From Cetorhinus maximus (lineage: Eukaryota), in assembly GCF_964194155.1 (NCBI RefSeq), contig NC_135903.1, positions 9,424,001 through 9,488,000 of the forward strand: a DNA stretch of 64,000 nucleotides, read 5' to 3'. Every line of letters starts with the position of its first letter. Within the stretch, counting starts at the first letter, position 1. Positions 25,931 to 38,404 of this stretch are shown here, piece by piece. A program made the translations under genes and the position numbers. The notes below the pieces were generated by a model that saw only the letters and a program-made list of their open reading frames with translations, did no database searches and was not told the DNA's origin.

Positions 25931-26829
25931 AAGAACTATGGAATAAATTTATTTGCTGTTATACAAGTAGAATAGGAAGTCGGCCCATTAACTAATGTTT
26001 CTCCAACAGTACCTATTATGAACATCTCAAATTTCCTAATAAAAGTTCAGGACTATGTGATTTATACTCAGACCATTGACTTCACCCTGCAACCTTGGAT
26101 TCCTGCCATTGATAGTGGCATGAAGAAGAGGTCAGCAGTACACACATACAAGTATCCTGTTTATGAACTAAATTTCTACTGTGAAAATCTGAATGTCTTC
26201 ATAACAAATGTTTGTTTTAAGGCAATATATTACTGTTCTGTTTTGCATAATAGTTTTATTCTATAATAGAGGAGCTCAAACTACAACTGTTATGAAAAGT
26301 AGGCTAAAGGATTCAGTGGCGCAGTGAGATATGCTAGTCAAATGTGCCAAGGCACCAGCACATACTTGACAGGCCAAATGGCCACCTTCTGTGCTGTTAC
26401 CATTCTATGATTAGGACATGGATCAACACTCAAATATATTTTTTAAATCAACTAACTGGGCTCCTTTAGTCAATACCCATGACAAAAAGATTTCTGTTTT
26501 TTGTCCTAAGGTGGCCGATTCAAAACTGGTTAAATGTATTTAAATTAAATTAAATTAATAAAAGAGTTTTACAGAAACTGCTGTTGGTACATTAACTCTG
26601 CATGTGCTTTAATGAGTTATCAATAGCACAAGCAAGCAATTATCGTGACAAACTGTAACGGTGTTTTATGAGGCAGAATCGTTGTTGGTGCATGTTTGCA
26701 AAAAGGCATGTCTGCATTTATATTCTATTAAAGATTTCCTGAGGCAATACAGTATCCAGGAAATTAAATCTAGCTTTTTCTTCTACACAATACACATACA
26801 AAGACTTCACAGCTAACCAAACACCTTAC

Positions 26830-27057
26830 CAGCAACTCCTCCTCCTCCCAAACAGGAAAACTGTGCTTTCTTTTGACAGCTGAGATATCACTGTCTTTCT
26901 CCTTCCTGGGGTTTACCTCTGAGGTCACATTCCTCAGTGCAGCTAACCAAATGCAGCGGGGCTCGGGAGAACTGCAGTCAATCCCAACTGGTCTTTCCCA
27001 ATTCCAGTGTTTGTAGATCACGCCTGGGCTGCAGGCAGCTTTTCCAGCGCTGGACAT
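26830..27057 (-). CDS. LRRFIP1: First coding exon (76 codons, phase-0 donor) of a host gene; resembles an alternative N-terminus of LRRFIP1
   Basis: ATG at 27057, open frame MSSAGK...WNWERPVGIDCSSPEPRCIWLAALR...RKHSFPVWEEEELL ending at CTG|GTAAGG, in a TE-free block. IDCSSPE recalls the IDCLSPE of the human LRRFIP1 alternative N-terminus. Gene name is from memory only; the exon is more certain than the name. Confidence 0.55.
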
Positions 27058-27399
27058 GCTTTCACAGATAACTCTGCGTCTCTTCCTTAGTTCACTTTAA
27101 TCCAACTAGAAAAGCAACTTCCAGCCCACATGAAAGCGATCTTTTCAGAAGTGGTTACCATTAGTTCAAGATGGTTGTTGCGTTCCGATTTCCATCCACA
27201 ACAACAAAACAAGTTACACATCATATATCACATAATGAAATGTTCATCTGGTAGCTGGAACAGTGCAGTATCCAGCATATTCTTCCCATTCCTCTCATTC
27301 ACATCAACAGTGAACCCAAATATATTCCAAAGATGGTTAACAGTTATGCTGCGGGGCATAACTACAGACTGCCAGGCGCAATCTCTTTAGCTGGAACGT

Positions 27400-27700
27400 C
27401 AGACACTCAAACAAACTGAAAACTTACACCGCAGCCCTGTACACTGCACACTGTGAACTAACAGCTGTTCCGGGCTGTTAGCCGCAGACATTGACCTCTG
27501 ACCCGAGTCGCCAGCTGACGCTCACAGGAGACTATCGAAAGTTTCAAATTGCTGCAAATTCTGTCACATGCCAGAGTAAACTGAGTAAACTAAACAATCA
27601 AACAAATATGTTACACTCGCCTTCTCTTCTTCTGTGGGTTTGGCTGCTCTCTTTTCGATAAACACATGATGTCACTTTTTTTGCACATAAAGTTCCCTTT
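27400..27700 (-). promoter_or_regulatory. Putative promoter/5' regulatory region of the minus-strand exon
   Basis: TE-free, some retained CpGs; DR1 motif TGACCTcTGACCC (27492-27504); clustered forkhead-like GTAAAC/TAAACA/CAAACA (27575-27606); TGATGTCA near 27667. Confidence 0.45.
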
Positions 27701-28049
27701 CAAGAGCTCAGATGAGCTAATTGGTCAAAAGACAATCAGACCAGACTTCGGACTCCAAACAAGATCTCATTAACAGTTCAGCAACTGAAGAATACCTCAG
27801 TGTTGCCTTCAAGGAAAATTTGCATTATTTCTTTAAAAATTTTTAAAATATAATTTTGCAAATAATGCACAAATTTAAAACGTTAAAATAAGTTAATATG
27901 TATAACAGATGTCTTATATAAATGTACACGACAGACTGATTTATAAGGCAGCCCTGTTCTTCACTATGCAGCTGCACTTATGTTGCATCTTACTTGCTGA
28001 GTGGTGTTATGCTGTTCTGTACACATGCACAATATAAAATAGAGCATTC

Positions 28050-28780
28050 TTCATGTACAGAATGTTGAGGACAAGGCTGAAGTGTTGGTTGTTTAGAATG
28101 GTTTTAAAGGAGATGTCTTAAATTAAGGAAGGAAGTAGAAAAGTATAGAGTACTGGGGAAGGAATTCATCAGGCTGGGCATAGTAGCTAAAAGAACCATC
28201 ATTTATGGGGCAGAGATACAAGTGGTAAGCAGCACCAGAGGACTGAAATACATGTACTTGAAGAAAATTGCTTAAGTAGAATAGCTAAGATCAAGATTTT
28301 TTTTAAATGACAGGAACTATTAAGTCAATTCGCTAAGGCACTAGTGAGGCTTGAAAATAGCAGGAATGATGAAATTACAAGATTCTGTGCAGATGAGGAT
28401 GTCAGCTACAGCTTTTTGAATGAGTTGTAATTTGTGAAAGAGGTGGCCAGTTGGGAGAGTACATGCAGATGTTGAGGTTCAAGTATATAAAGTCATGAAC
28501 TGTAATTTACCTTAAGAGATAGGAGTGGAGATTGGCAATGTTGCAGAAAGCAATATGGAAACTGGAACAAATGTGATGCGGGGCAAAGCACAACTCAGCT
28601 CAAAGTCTAGTCTTACACTGAGGATCTGCGCCTCCCAAGGGACCAGCTGCAAGGGTGATAAAGTCATGCTAAGGGCCATGTTGATATCAGGAGAACTCAG
28701 GGGATGACTTTAGTTCTGCCAGCATTAAGCTGGAGCAAATTTTGGCTCATTAAGGTCTTAATGTCAGACAGACAACTGTT
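28050..28780 (-). mobile_element. Highly decayed L2-like LINE fragment
   Basis: Purine-rich antisense L2-type signature (gatgactttagttctgccagcattaagctggagcaaattttggctcat) also seen at 39255-39340. Confidence 0.5.
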
Positions 28781-29063
28781 GAATCATAAATATTCAAAAC
28801 ATTGCACAAGTTATTTGATGCTTTCTGTATTGGGTCCAACCCCAGTCAATATTAAGTCAACTGAAGGACAAAGGCTTAAGAAAAAATGTTGCGCAGTAAC
28901 ATCATATACCATTTAGAAAAAATGCTCTGCTCTCTGTAGTATTCCCCAAATAAGTGGGCAGCAGATAACCGTCTCCAAACTTTCTACCAAAGTTACTTTG
29001 ATGCTGTTACATGAGTGTGTTTAAGTGTTTTGATCAGAGTCACTTGCCACTTGTTTATACAAA

Positions 29064-29610
29064 CATGAGAATTAGGAGGAGGAATAGGCAAATCGGCCCC
29101 TCGAGCCTGCTCCGCCATTCAATAAGATCATAGCTGATCTGACTGCAACATCAACCTCCCATGGGGACCGGGGTGCTGTGGCTCAGTTCATAGCACCCTC
29201 GCCTTTGAATCAGAGGGTTGTGGGTTCATGTCCCACTCCTGGAAAACCAAGAACTGTGATTGTACTCAAAAGAGTTGCAATCTGTGACTGTTGATAACTC
29301 AAAAGAGTATCAACCTCCCATTCCTGCCTACCCCTGAAAACCTTTCACCCCCTGGTTAATCAAGAATCTATCTAACTCTGCCTTAAAAATATTCAAAGAT
29401 TCTGCTTCCACTGCCTTTTGAGGAAGAGAGATCCATAGACTCAAGACCCTCAGAAAAAATCTCCTCATCCCGGTCTTAAATGAGTGACCCCTTATTTTTA
29501 AACTGTGACCCTTAGTTCTAGATTCTTCCAGGAAAGAGGAAACATCCTTTCCACATCTACTCTGTCAAGACCCCTCAGGATCTTAAATGTTTTGATCAAG
29601 TCACCTCTTA
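29064..29610 (-). mobile_element. CR1 LINE 3' end, interrupted by a SINE
   Basis: Tail catgagaattaggaggaggaataggc...cccctcgagcctgctccgccattcaa and ORF2 end homologous to 44250-44603. Confidence 0.85.
29163..29308 (+). mobile_element. Short tRNA-derived SINE with 13-bp TSD
   Basis: A box tggctcagttca, B box ggttcatgtcc; exact TSD atcaacctcccat at 29150-29162 and 29309-29321. Confidence 0.8.
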
Positions 29611-30629
29611 TGCTCCCACTAATCAGCCAGGCTGTCAATTTGGCCACTGTCAGGTGAAAGTCAGCAAAAAATTATTTAAATGAAGCTTTGCCATTAAAAT
29701 TCCAGAAGGTATTCATGCCCTCGGCCTTACCAGCTTTTTCCTACAATGCAACACTTCTTCACACCCTCCCAGCCAATATTGGGGCCAGAGTGTCTGTGAC
29801 ATGAAAAAGATTTGACACCTTATTACCTAAAAATTGAATAATTTCTTCTCGATCACTAGGCAGATCAGAACATTATTTCTCTTCTAAACAAACACTTTGT
29901 TGAACAAGGTGGGAACTGAGGGTTCTGGGTGGCCTCAGAGATCATCTGATTCTGATACTTGACAGCAATTAGAAGCACAATTCCATTTATAGGGTTGAAA
30001 TGAAAATCGACAGAAAAATTTCCCTTGTCCTTTAACAAGCCTAACTTGTTTCAAAGCTGACTATGACTTTGATTCAAATATGGCATTTGAGATAACCATT
30101 AGTTTTCAGGTGAATGCCTTATTTTTTCAGTGCTACCTTTTCTTCTGCAAACATTGCCTTGAATATGTTTGATGTGGAAGGAATAATAAGCAACAATAAT
30201 AAAATAATAAGAATGACAATAAGCAGGAAGGCTTTATCATTCTTATGAAGCCCAAAAATGTTTCACATCTTCTAAACAAATAATGCAGCGTAGAACATGG
30301 TCACCACACTTAACAAAAAAAGGGTACACAGAAGAGAAGCAAGACTAATCCCAAGTGTGAAAGACTGATGACAAAATTTAAGGATTCCAGGAGTTCAAAC
30401 TTTACAACTTATCTGACAGTTAAGGAGGATCTCATTTAAATATTACAAAATATTAAATGGTATGTGGAGGAAATAAAAGACAGATTATCATTCAAACTAA
30501 GGACACAAGAACATAAGAAATAGGAGCTGGACTAGGCAATTTGGCCCACCAAGCCTGCTCCTCCACTGATCAAGATCACGAGTGAGCTTCTACCTCAACT
30601 CCATCATCTCACACCAACACCATATCCCA

Positions 30630-32028
30630 AATGTGGATATCCCACATTTCTTGAATGATTTGATGACAATCTCCTGTCTGATTTCACCCCAGGCCTCTAC
30701 AACCCATTCATGCAAGGCTACTAACATCACAGCCCATATGCTGCCTCCCTGGTGAATGGTCTTCTATCCTCTGATCATCCAGGGAGCTATTCCACTTTCT
30801 TCTCATGCTATCCTTGAACAGCTTGTTTATAGAGACATCTAATGGTTGAATAGGGCTGGTTAGGCCACTGGGAATCATTGCAATATATCAATATTTTGTG
30901 ATCTAACTTCAGCAACAACATAATTGACAAGGCATGATTGGAACATGTCCCAGATAAGAAGACGTTTTTCTTTACATAATCCTCCTGGTTGGAAACTCCA
31001 AACCTTCCCCAACCATATTTTCAAACCAACTTCATCCATCCATCCTTTATCATGAACGTGGACAACTACTCCTTTTGAGAATTGCTGTTTTGAGAGGGCT
31101 TTTCTCTTGGATATTACTACTAGCTGAAGCTTTGTTCCATTGGACATACATGACAAAACAATGATGGATCTACTATTTTCATGGCTAGCTGTCTTCACTA
31201 ATGCTCTTCTTTGGATCTTTGCTTGCCATTTGACTGGCTGCTATGTCAAAATTCATGACAGTCTCACGCATGTTCCCAATACAGGCCAATCTGTATCCAT
31301 TCTTTTAATGATGTTTGACTATAAATCACTGAAATATGATAAGCCCGTCATCAAATTCTGCTGGGAGATGTTGTGAGATCTTGGTCTTCTGTCGCAGTAC
31401 AAAATTTTTTATCTTCACAAACCTGGTACACCATCCAGGGCTGGTTTTGAAATTTGCAATGTCTAATTTTCTTGCTCATTTCAGGGTGGAGATTTGGATA
31501 GATTGAGAAACTGAGAGTCCATTCTGGCAATTTTCATTGATGGATTTTGCAATTTTATTTTCCAACTGCAGCCACATGCTAGGCTTTCCTCTGTTTGTAC
31601 ATTTATTCTTTGGCATCTGCCTAAGCTGTGAGAGAACTTCCTCCAATCTCTAATATTTTTCTCCAATATTTTGAATTCTCTGGCTGCTGCACAATTATTT
31701 ATCTGCTCTGCAATCTCAACAACTTTAAATCTGAACTGGGCTGTGTATCTGCCATTCCTTCTGGATAGAGGGCGGGATTGGCAGGAACACAACGAGCACC
31801 AGTGAGGTGGTAGCCTTGACATCATGTGTTGACATGCCCAGGCACAAGGAGCTGAACAGCCATCTTCAATGGTGTGCTATTCTACGATTCTATCAATGAG
31901 GAGGTTTGCACCTGGGCAAGTTTGGCTTCAGTGGCAAGCAGGTGGTAAGTGCAAAATTTTGCTTTTTTGGCTAAAAGTCAGGGGTTGACTTATACACAAG
32001 TACAACCATTACTCAAGTACTTATGGTA
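30630..32028 (-). mobile_element. pogo-type (Tc1/mariner superfamily, POGK-like) DNA transposon relic
   Basis: Brinker-type DNA-binding motif RYTAQFRFKVVEIAEQINNCAAAREF..EKNIRDWRK (31481-31825) and DDE_1 segment VLSCMSNGTKL..KGWMD..LLIWDMF (30875-31198); terminus ttatacacaag...tactcaagtacttatggTA. Frameshifted. Confidence 0.85.
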
Positions 32029-33289
32029 TATGCTGATTATGAACTGATATGGTATTTAATGATGTTCTCCCTTTTCTGCTAATTTTCTTGATTTTCCTGT
32101 ATAGATTAACTCCTAGATAAGCGCAGCTCCACAGGCACAGCATTTTGCCCAAGCAGCCATTGTCTATGTGAGAGTATCTGCAGACTATTTTACCAGGGGG
32201 AAAGCTGAGGCTGATCCTGTCCTCACCTGCACACTTCCAACAGGAGTAATTAACATTAGGGAGCAAGAATCTTGTCAATGTATTCCTCACTAACCCGAAA
32301 GCACATAGAAATGTTGCAATTTGCCTAGCGCCATCTTGGACAAACTGCATGATTCAATAACTCACTGCTTTAACCAGATGAGCCATAACAAGCTATAATA
32401 CTTGCATCAGGAGATTTTTTTTCAAATTGAGGTCTCCTATGAAATCACAGTAACTTAGTTTGTACCTACATCAAAGTACTGCAGTTATTTAACATGTAAC
32501 TATTGCAGCATCCAGGAATTGATGTATATTGGTGATAAACATTCCACACTAGTTCACTGTAAGCAACAGACCTTGAACACTAAATTTTGCCACACATCTA
32601 GCTGAGCGCAGTAATAATGTCAACAACAGCAGAAAATAATTCATGCAAGTTTTAATATTAACTTCTTATATAAATAAATGAAGTAATACATTTTCAATAT
32701 TCATAAATCGGAATTGTTATTTATATGGTTGTAATAAAGACAATTTGCCTTTTTTAAATTGGGGACTTTTAAATTAAAAGCTAAATGCATCCAGAAAATC
32801 GATGGATCAAAAAATAAAATGTGGATCTTGTTTGGATGCTACTTAATAAGACTCAGGAATCTTTCTGTAACATTCCATGGTTTCCAGATGTTACATCTCT
32901 GTACAGAATTTACATAATCCAGCTCAGGATGTGCCGAGGCAGGCTTGATCTTTTGAAGTTTAAAACAAGAAAAGCCACTTTGTTTCTGAGGCACCATCTG
33001 TTATGTGTGGGTAGACAAGGCCTACTTTTTTTGTTTTTTACTTCCACTAGAGTATCAGTTTAGTGCGTTCAAGGAACAGGGTAACTGGATCTCCTTTCCA
33101 GCATCAGAAAAGCCACAAATTAATCTCATCCGTAAGCTTCTGGGCAGATCTGAAGAAAAAGTGCAAATGCTTTGCTCAAAATTCATAGCAGTTCACAAAA
33201 ACCAGAAAATACCTGAATTACACATCAGGTCCTGGAGCGTCAGAGGAAGTAAAAGGCAGTTCATGTTTCGGATGAGCCCTGTACTCTTT

Positions 33290-33382
33290 AGAAGTTGAGT
33301 TTATACCTGAAACATAAATCTCAATGTTCCCTTTTTTAAATACTGATAGGCCACTGTGTATTTACAGCATTTCATTTTCATA
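33290..33382 (+). mobile_element. Very decayed Penelope-type short insertion
   Basis: acctgaaacataaatctc...tactgataggccactgtgtatttacagcatttcattttca loosely follows the family layout. Confidence 0.35.
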
Positions 33383-35162
33383 AGTTTCTTTGTATGCTGT
33401 GCTTGGTTACTGAACTTTCTGTTAAGGGTTAAAACCAAAGACAGAGTTTGGTATTAAAACCATAATAAAATCATTACTGTCTGTCTACAAATGGAAGACA
33501 AACAATAACTGAACACATAGCTGAGATCTCACCATCTGGATCCTTGTCTACCTGAAATGGTATGAATCACTGCATTTAGACTGTGTGGACGACTAGATGC
33601 TCTGAACTGCTACCCATACATTTTTTGGTCAGTGTCACAATCAGGCTAACCCAAGCTAAAATCCCAGGTGGTAACTGAAATACTCACTCCAACAGCTACT
33701 CAAACAAAAAAAACAAGTCAAAAGAACTGAAAGGTAAAATCAGTTAGGGAAGGAAATGAAAAAACAAGAAACTAAGTAGACTATTATCAGAGTCCGCCCC
33801 GGGAAACAGTAACATTTGCTTCAACCAACAGAAACCTTGATCAGACACTGCTTTCCACTCTTGGGCATATGGAATTATCTGTCACTATATAATAATCTGT
33901 GAACACTTGGCAACATTGAATAGAAATTTCAACAAATTGAAACTAAGAAGTGCTACAATGAAAGCACAAGGTAACTGGGAGGTGGAGAGGAGAATGGACT
34001 GCTGTAAAGGCAGAGTGTTTTTAAGCAAAAAAAAATTTTTTAATCTAAAATAAGACCAGAAAGTTACAGAAATACACAGCATTATCTGAAAACAGACATT
34101 TCGGGCAGCCAACTATCAGCAGAAATGATTTTCATTTTCTCTTTACATTTCAGATATATTTACATTTCAGAGAGTTAGCAACTCTCATCCAATTATCACT
34201 GAATAAGTTTTTTTTTACAAAAGCAGAATGTCCTATTTGATATTTTATTTTGAATCTCCTCTCCTCCACAGCTCTAAAATGGCCAACTGTTTCCAAATAA
34301 ATAACAGGCTCATGTCACTGAACTGGAAGTTCAGCCACCTCTGACAGAAGAGGCAAAATTGCTATTGACTGAGGCAAGATTGACATCTTTAGGAGCAAAA
34401 CATTCAGAAAAAATGCAACAATAAACCACAATTCAGTATCATTTAAAGCACGTTTGTCAAAAATTATCTAATGGATTGGTTAACACAGAATCTGAGCTAT
34501 TTTTCCATAAAAAGGTTTTAAAAGTGGCAGAGCGTTTAGGTTTTAAAATCAAAACACAAAGAAAAGAATACTCTCTCTTCCCTGCCTATTTAATTATGTT
34601 AGAACTGTATTGACAGCAGTTATAGAGGGGTGTCTAGCTCAGATAACCTGCTCTTGTGGCTAAAGGAACAAGAGTTGTATTAGGCAGCCTTCAAAAGGGA
34701 GATAAACATGAACAAAGAAAGCTCAAATGTCCTCCAGCAAAATGCTGAATGTTCCAGATTTGCTTATCAGCAGTCAAACTAGAACCAACATTCATGATGG
34801 TATCGCCAGATGTCTCCAAAGGCTGGGTATTCTGTGCTCACATAACTATCCAGTCCATGAATCTTCCTTTTAGACACATTAGTTTGCTTATCACATGCAA
34901 ATGGTGAGTACTGACAAGAGGGCAACTTGCAAATATTGTGGTTTGTGAAAACACCAATGATTGCATTGCCACCTTGTGGCTGTCCCTAGAAGCATTTAGA
35001 ATGCAATTCCATTGAAGTACATGCATCTCAATTCTGACAAAATGCACAACAAAACCAAGCACAGAATTCCAAAAGGGGCAATCAGGAATCCCATCACCAT
35101 CTTCATTATTGTGTCTTCCTCCCTCCCCACTTCCCCATCATCACAGCTATGAAATTCACTCC

Positions 35163-36465
35163 CTAATGGAAGTAATGGAAGGGGTCATCAACAGTGCTAT
35201 CAAGCAGCACTTCCTGAGCAATAATCTGCTCACCAACGCCCAGTTTGGGTTCCGCCAGGGCCACTCAGCCCCTGACCTCGTTACAGCCTTGGTTCAAACA
35301 TGGACAAAAGAGCTGAACTCCAGAGGTGAGGTGACAGTGACTGCCCTTGACATCAAGGCTGCATTTGACCGAGTGTGGCATCAAGGAACCCTAACAAAAC
35401 TGGAATCAATGGGAAGCAGGGGGAAAACTCTCTGCTGGTTGAAGTCATACCTAGCACAAAGGAAGATGGTTGTGGTTGTTGGAGGTCAGTCATCTCAGCT
35501 CCAGGACATCACTGCAAGAGTTTCTCGGGGTAGTGTCCTTGGTCCAACCATCTTCAGCTGCTTCATCAATGACCTTCCATCCATCATACGGTCAGAAGTG
35601 GGGATATTCGCTGACAATTGCACAAATGTTCAGCACCATTCGCAACTCCTCAGATACTGAAACAGTCCATGTCCAAATGCAGCAAGACCTGGACAATACC
35701 CAGGCTTGGACTGACAAGTGGCAAGTAACATTCACACCACTCAAGTGCCAAATAATGACCATCTCCAACAAGAGAGAATCTAACCATCGCCCCTTGATGT
35801 TCAATAGCATTACCATCACTGAATCCACCACTAACAACATCCTGGAGTGACCAGAAACTGAACTGGACTAGCCATATAAATTCTGTGGCTACAAGAGCAG
35901 GTCAGAGGCTAGGAATCATGCGACGAGTAACTCATCTCCTGACTCCCCAAAGCCTGACCACAAGGCACAAATCAGGAGTGTGATGGGAATACCCGCCCCT
36001 TGGCTGGATGAGTGCAGCTCCCACAACATTCAAGAAGCTTGACACCATCCAGACAAAGCAGCCCACTTGATTGGCGCCACATCCACAAACATTCACTCCC
36101 TCCACCACCGATGCACAGTGGCAGCAGTGTGTACCATCTACAAGATGCACTGCAGGAATTCACAAAGCCTCCTTAGACATCACCTTCCTAACTCACGATC
36201 ACTACCATCTAGAAGGACAAGGGGAGCAGACAGATGGGAACACCACCTGGAAGTTCCCCTCCAAGCCACTCACCATCCTGACCTGGAACTATATTGCTAT
36301 TCCTTCACAGTAGCTGGGTCAAAATCATGGAACTCCCTTCCTAACAGCACTGCAGGTATACACACACCACATGGATTGCAGAGGTTCAAGAAGGCAGCTC
36401 ACCACCACCTTCTCAAGGGCAACTAGGGATGGGCAATAAATGCTGGCCCAGCCAGCAAAGCCCGC
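35163..36465 (+). mobile_element. LINE family B, 5'-truncated
   Basis: ORF 35109-35660 has QFGFRQGHS, ALDIKAAFDRVWH, GSVLGPTIF and FAD motifs; tail gggcaataaatgctggcc. Confidence 0.93.
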
Positions 36466-37279
36466 TTCGCCACCTTTCTTTTATGTTTTAAGACGCTGAT
36501 TACTAAGCTTTCGGCCTTTTGTTCTACCATTGCCTGCCGAGGCTCAGTGTAAACGTTTGTCTATAACACATCTGTGAAGCACTTTGGGACAGTTTACTAC
36601 ATTAACTGTGCTATATTAATGCAAGTTGCTACTGTCATCATGAATGGAATTCAATTATTTCATCACTAAATGTTAACTTCACCGTGATTCAGGAGCATGG
36701 GCAACTTATTTTTCAAGGAGAAGTTAATATTGTTTTAGATGACATAGCAGTGCAGACAACTCGACAAAACTTTTATTGTTATGTTAAATTCCACAGAACA
36801 CAGTAAGCTGTCAGATCCTCATACTCACTTTCATCGCCTTGCATTTCCTTCCTGTCCTGGTCAATCACATTGTGTAAAAATAAAAAGTGAATGAGTTTTA
36901 CCCAAGTGCAGGCCAAACAGTTAACTATTCACTAATTTATAACCATCAAGTTCCATAAATCAAGAAAACCCAGATTACTTCTTCAAAATAAGTAAGGAAG
37001 ACATAAGTGAATGTTTGTGCTGAAAGTAAAGAGATGCATTAAGCAATTGCAGTTTAACTTTAATATAGGTATTGCGGTGTACAATCAAACATTAAATATG
37101 TTATGTGAATCCATTAGTAATCATGTACAAGGAAAAGTACTGGATGCGATTATGGACTATTCACTGAAATTATGCAGTCAATTTAAAACTGCTATTAAAA
37201 GTAAAATAGGTAGATATTAAAAGTATTATTTTAACTGCGCTTAATTTATAAGCAAATCTGAACACTTTCAATAGAACTA

Positions 37280-37983
37280 GGGCAGAATTTTCACCTTGGC
37301 GGGGTGGGGGGGGGGTGCGTGCCCGACCCGCTCAAGCGTGAAGTGACACGCAATGACGTCAGGCGAGCGTCCCGACGTCAATACGCAGTTGCGCGATAGT
37401 TCGGTCGGCAGACCCGCACGGGAACTGGCAGCATGTCCGACAATTAGAAGGCCTATTAAGGCCTTTAAGTATTAATTAACTTAAATTTTTCGCTGCCCGT
37501 CCAACCTTACAGTTGGCTGGCAGGCATAAAGGCCAAGCAGCCTTTGCACTTTTTAGGAAACCTCATCCACAGGCAAGATGAAGTTTCCAACAGCAAATAT
37601 AAATTTAAAAATATTACATCTCATTCAAAATATGTTCCTATTCATGTGACATAGTCACATGAGGGGACATGTTTTTTTAACATTTAAAAATTCTTTATTT
37701 TTGTTTTTCAGAACTCTTCATCTCCCTGAAGCAGCTGTATGTCTCAGGGAGCTTTTCCAGCGTGCACCCATGTGCATGCGCGAAGATCCCCACTTGCCCT
37801 CCTCCTCCCGCCAACCACCACCACCCCGCAGCCCCCTCCCCCCCCACAGGTAGCGCTGAGCACTGCAGCACACACTCCACACTGGGCCGGCCTTAATTGG
37901 CCCACCAGCGTAAAATAGTAGTCCAAGCCGATCGCTCCTGCCCACCCCCACCAAGCTCGCCCGACAAGGGAAAAATTCTGCCC
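37280..37983. mobile_element. PIF/Harbinger-like MITE, copy 2 (divergent subfamily)
   Basis: TIRs gggcagaatttt / aaaattctgccc; flanks cta/ctc; colinear with 4940-5649. Confidence 0.8.
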
Positions 37984-38404
37984 CTCGAGTACTAGGGAGA
38001 GGTAACAGCAGTTAGAATTCAGGTATTTAGGATTTTAAGTTATGAGGAGTGATTTACCAAACTGATGTAAAATTACACTTTAAAAAGCATATGATCCAGA
38101 TCTTTAAATTAATAGGAGGGTTGCATGAACTACATTTAAGTAGGATTTTTCATTTAAAATGTGAGCAAAACCAGAGGACAAAAGCACAAAATTAGTGAGT
38201 TGCAAACCTATTTAAAAAATTTTGGTCAGAAGATTTGTCAAATTGATTTCCCGCAAGTCATATCAACCAACTCTATTAAAATAAATTCTTAAGAACAAGG
38301 TTGAAGGTTTTAATGAAAGATATATTTTGACATTATTATAACAGTCATCTTACTTAGAATATATTTCATTGCCTAAAGCGCTGAGTTTTTATTTAAGACA
38401 CAAG

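Noticed and set aside
26770-26829. C-terminal tail (VRCLVSCEVF...) of the 95-aa ORF as coding
   Set aside because: Lies after a consensus GTAAGG donor; best read as intron read-through.
29170-29240. Functional tRNA gene
   Set aside because: Degenerate A/B boxes, no convincing acceptor stem or T-run terminator, and TSD-flanked inside a CR1: a SINE head.
37300-37318. G-run/G-quadruplex (also the C-run at 2370-2400) as a functional element
   Set aside because: Homopolymer expansions inside TE copies with no independent support.
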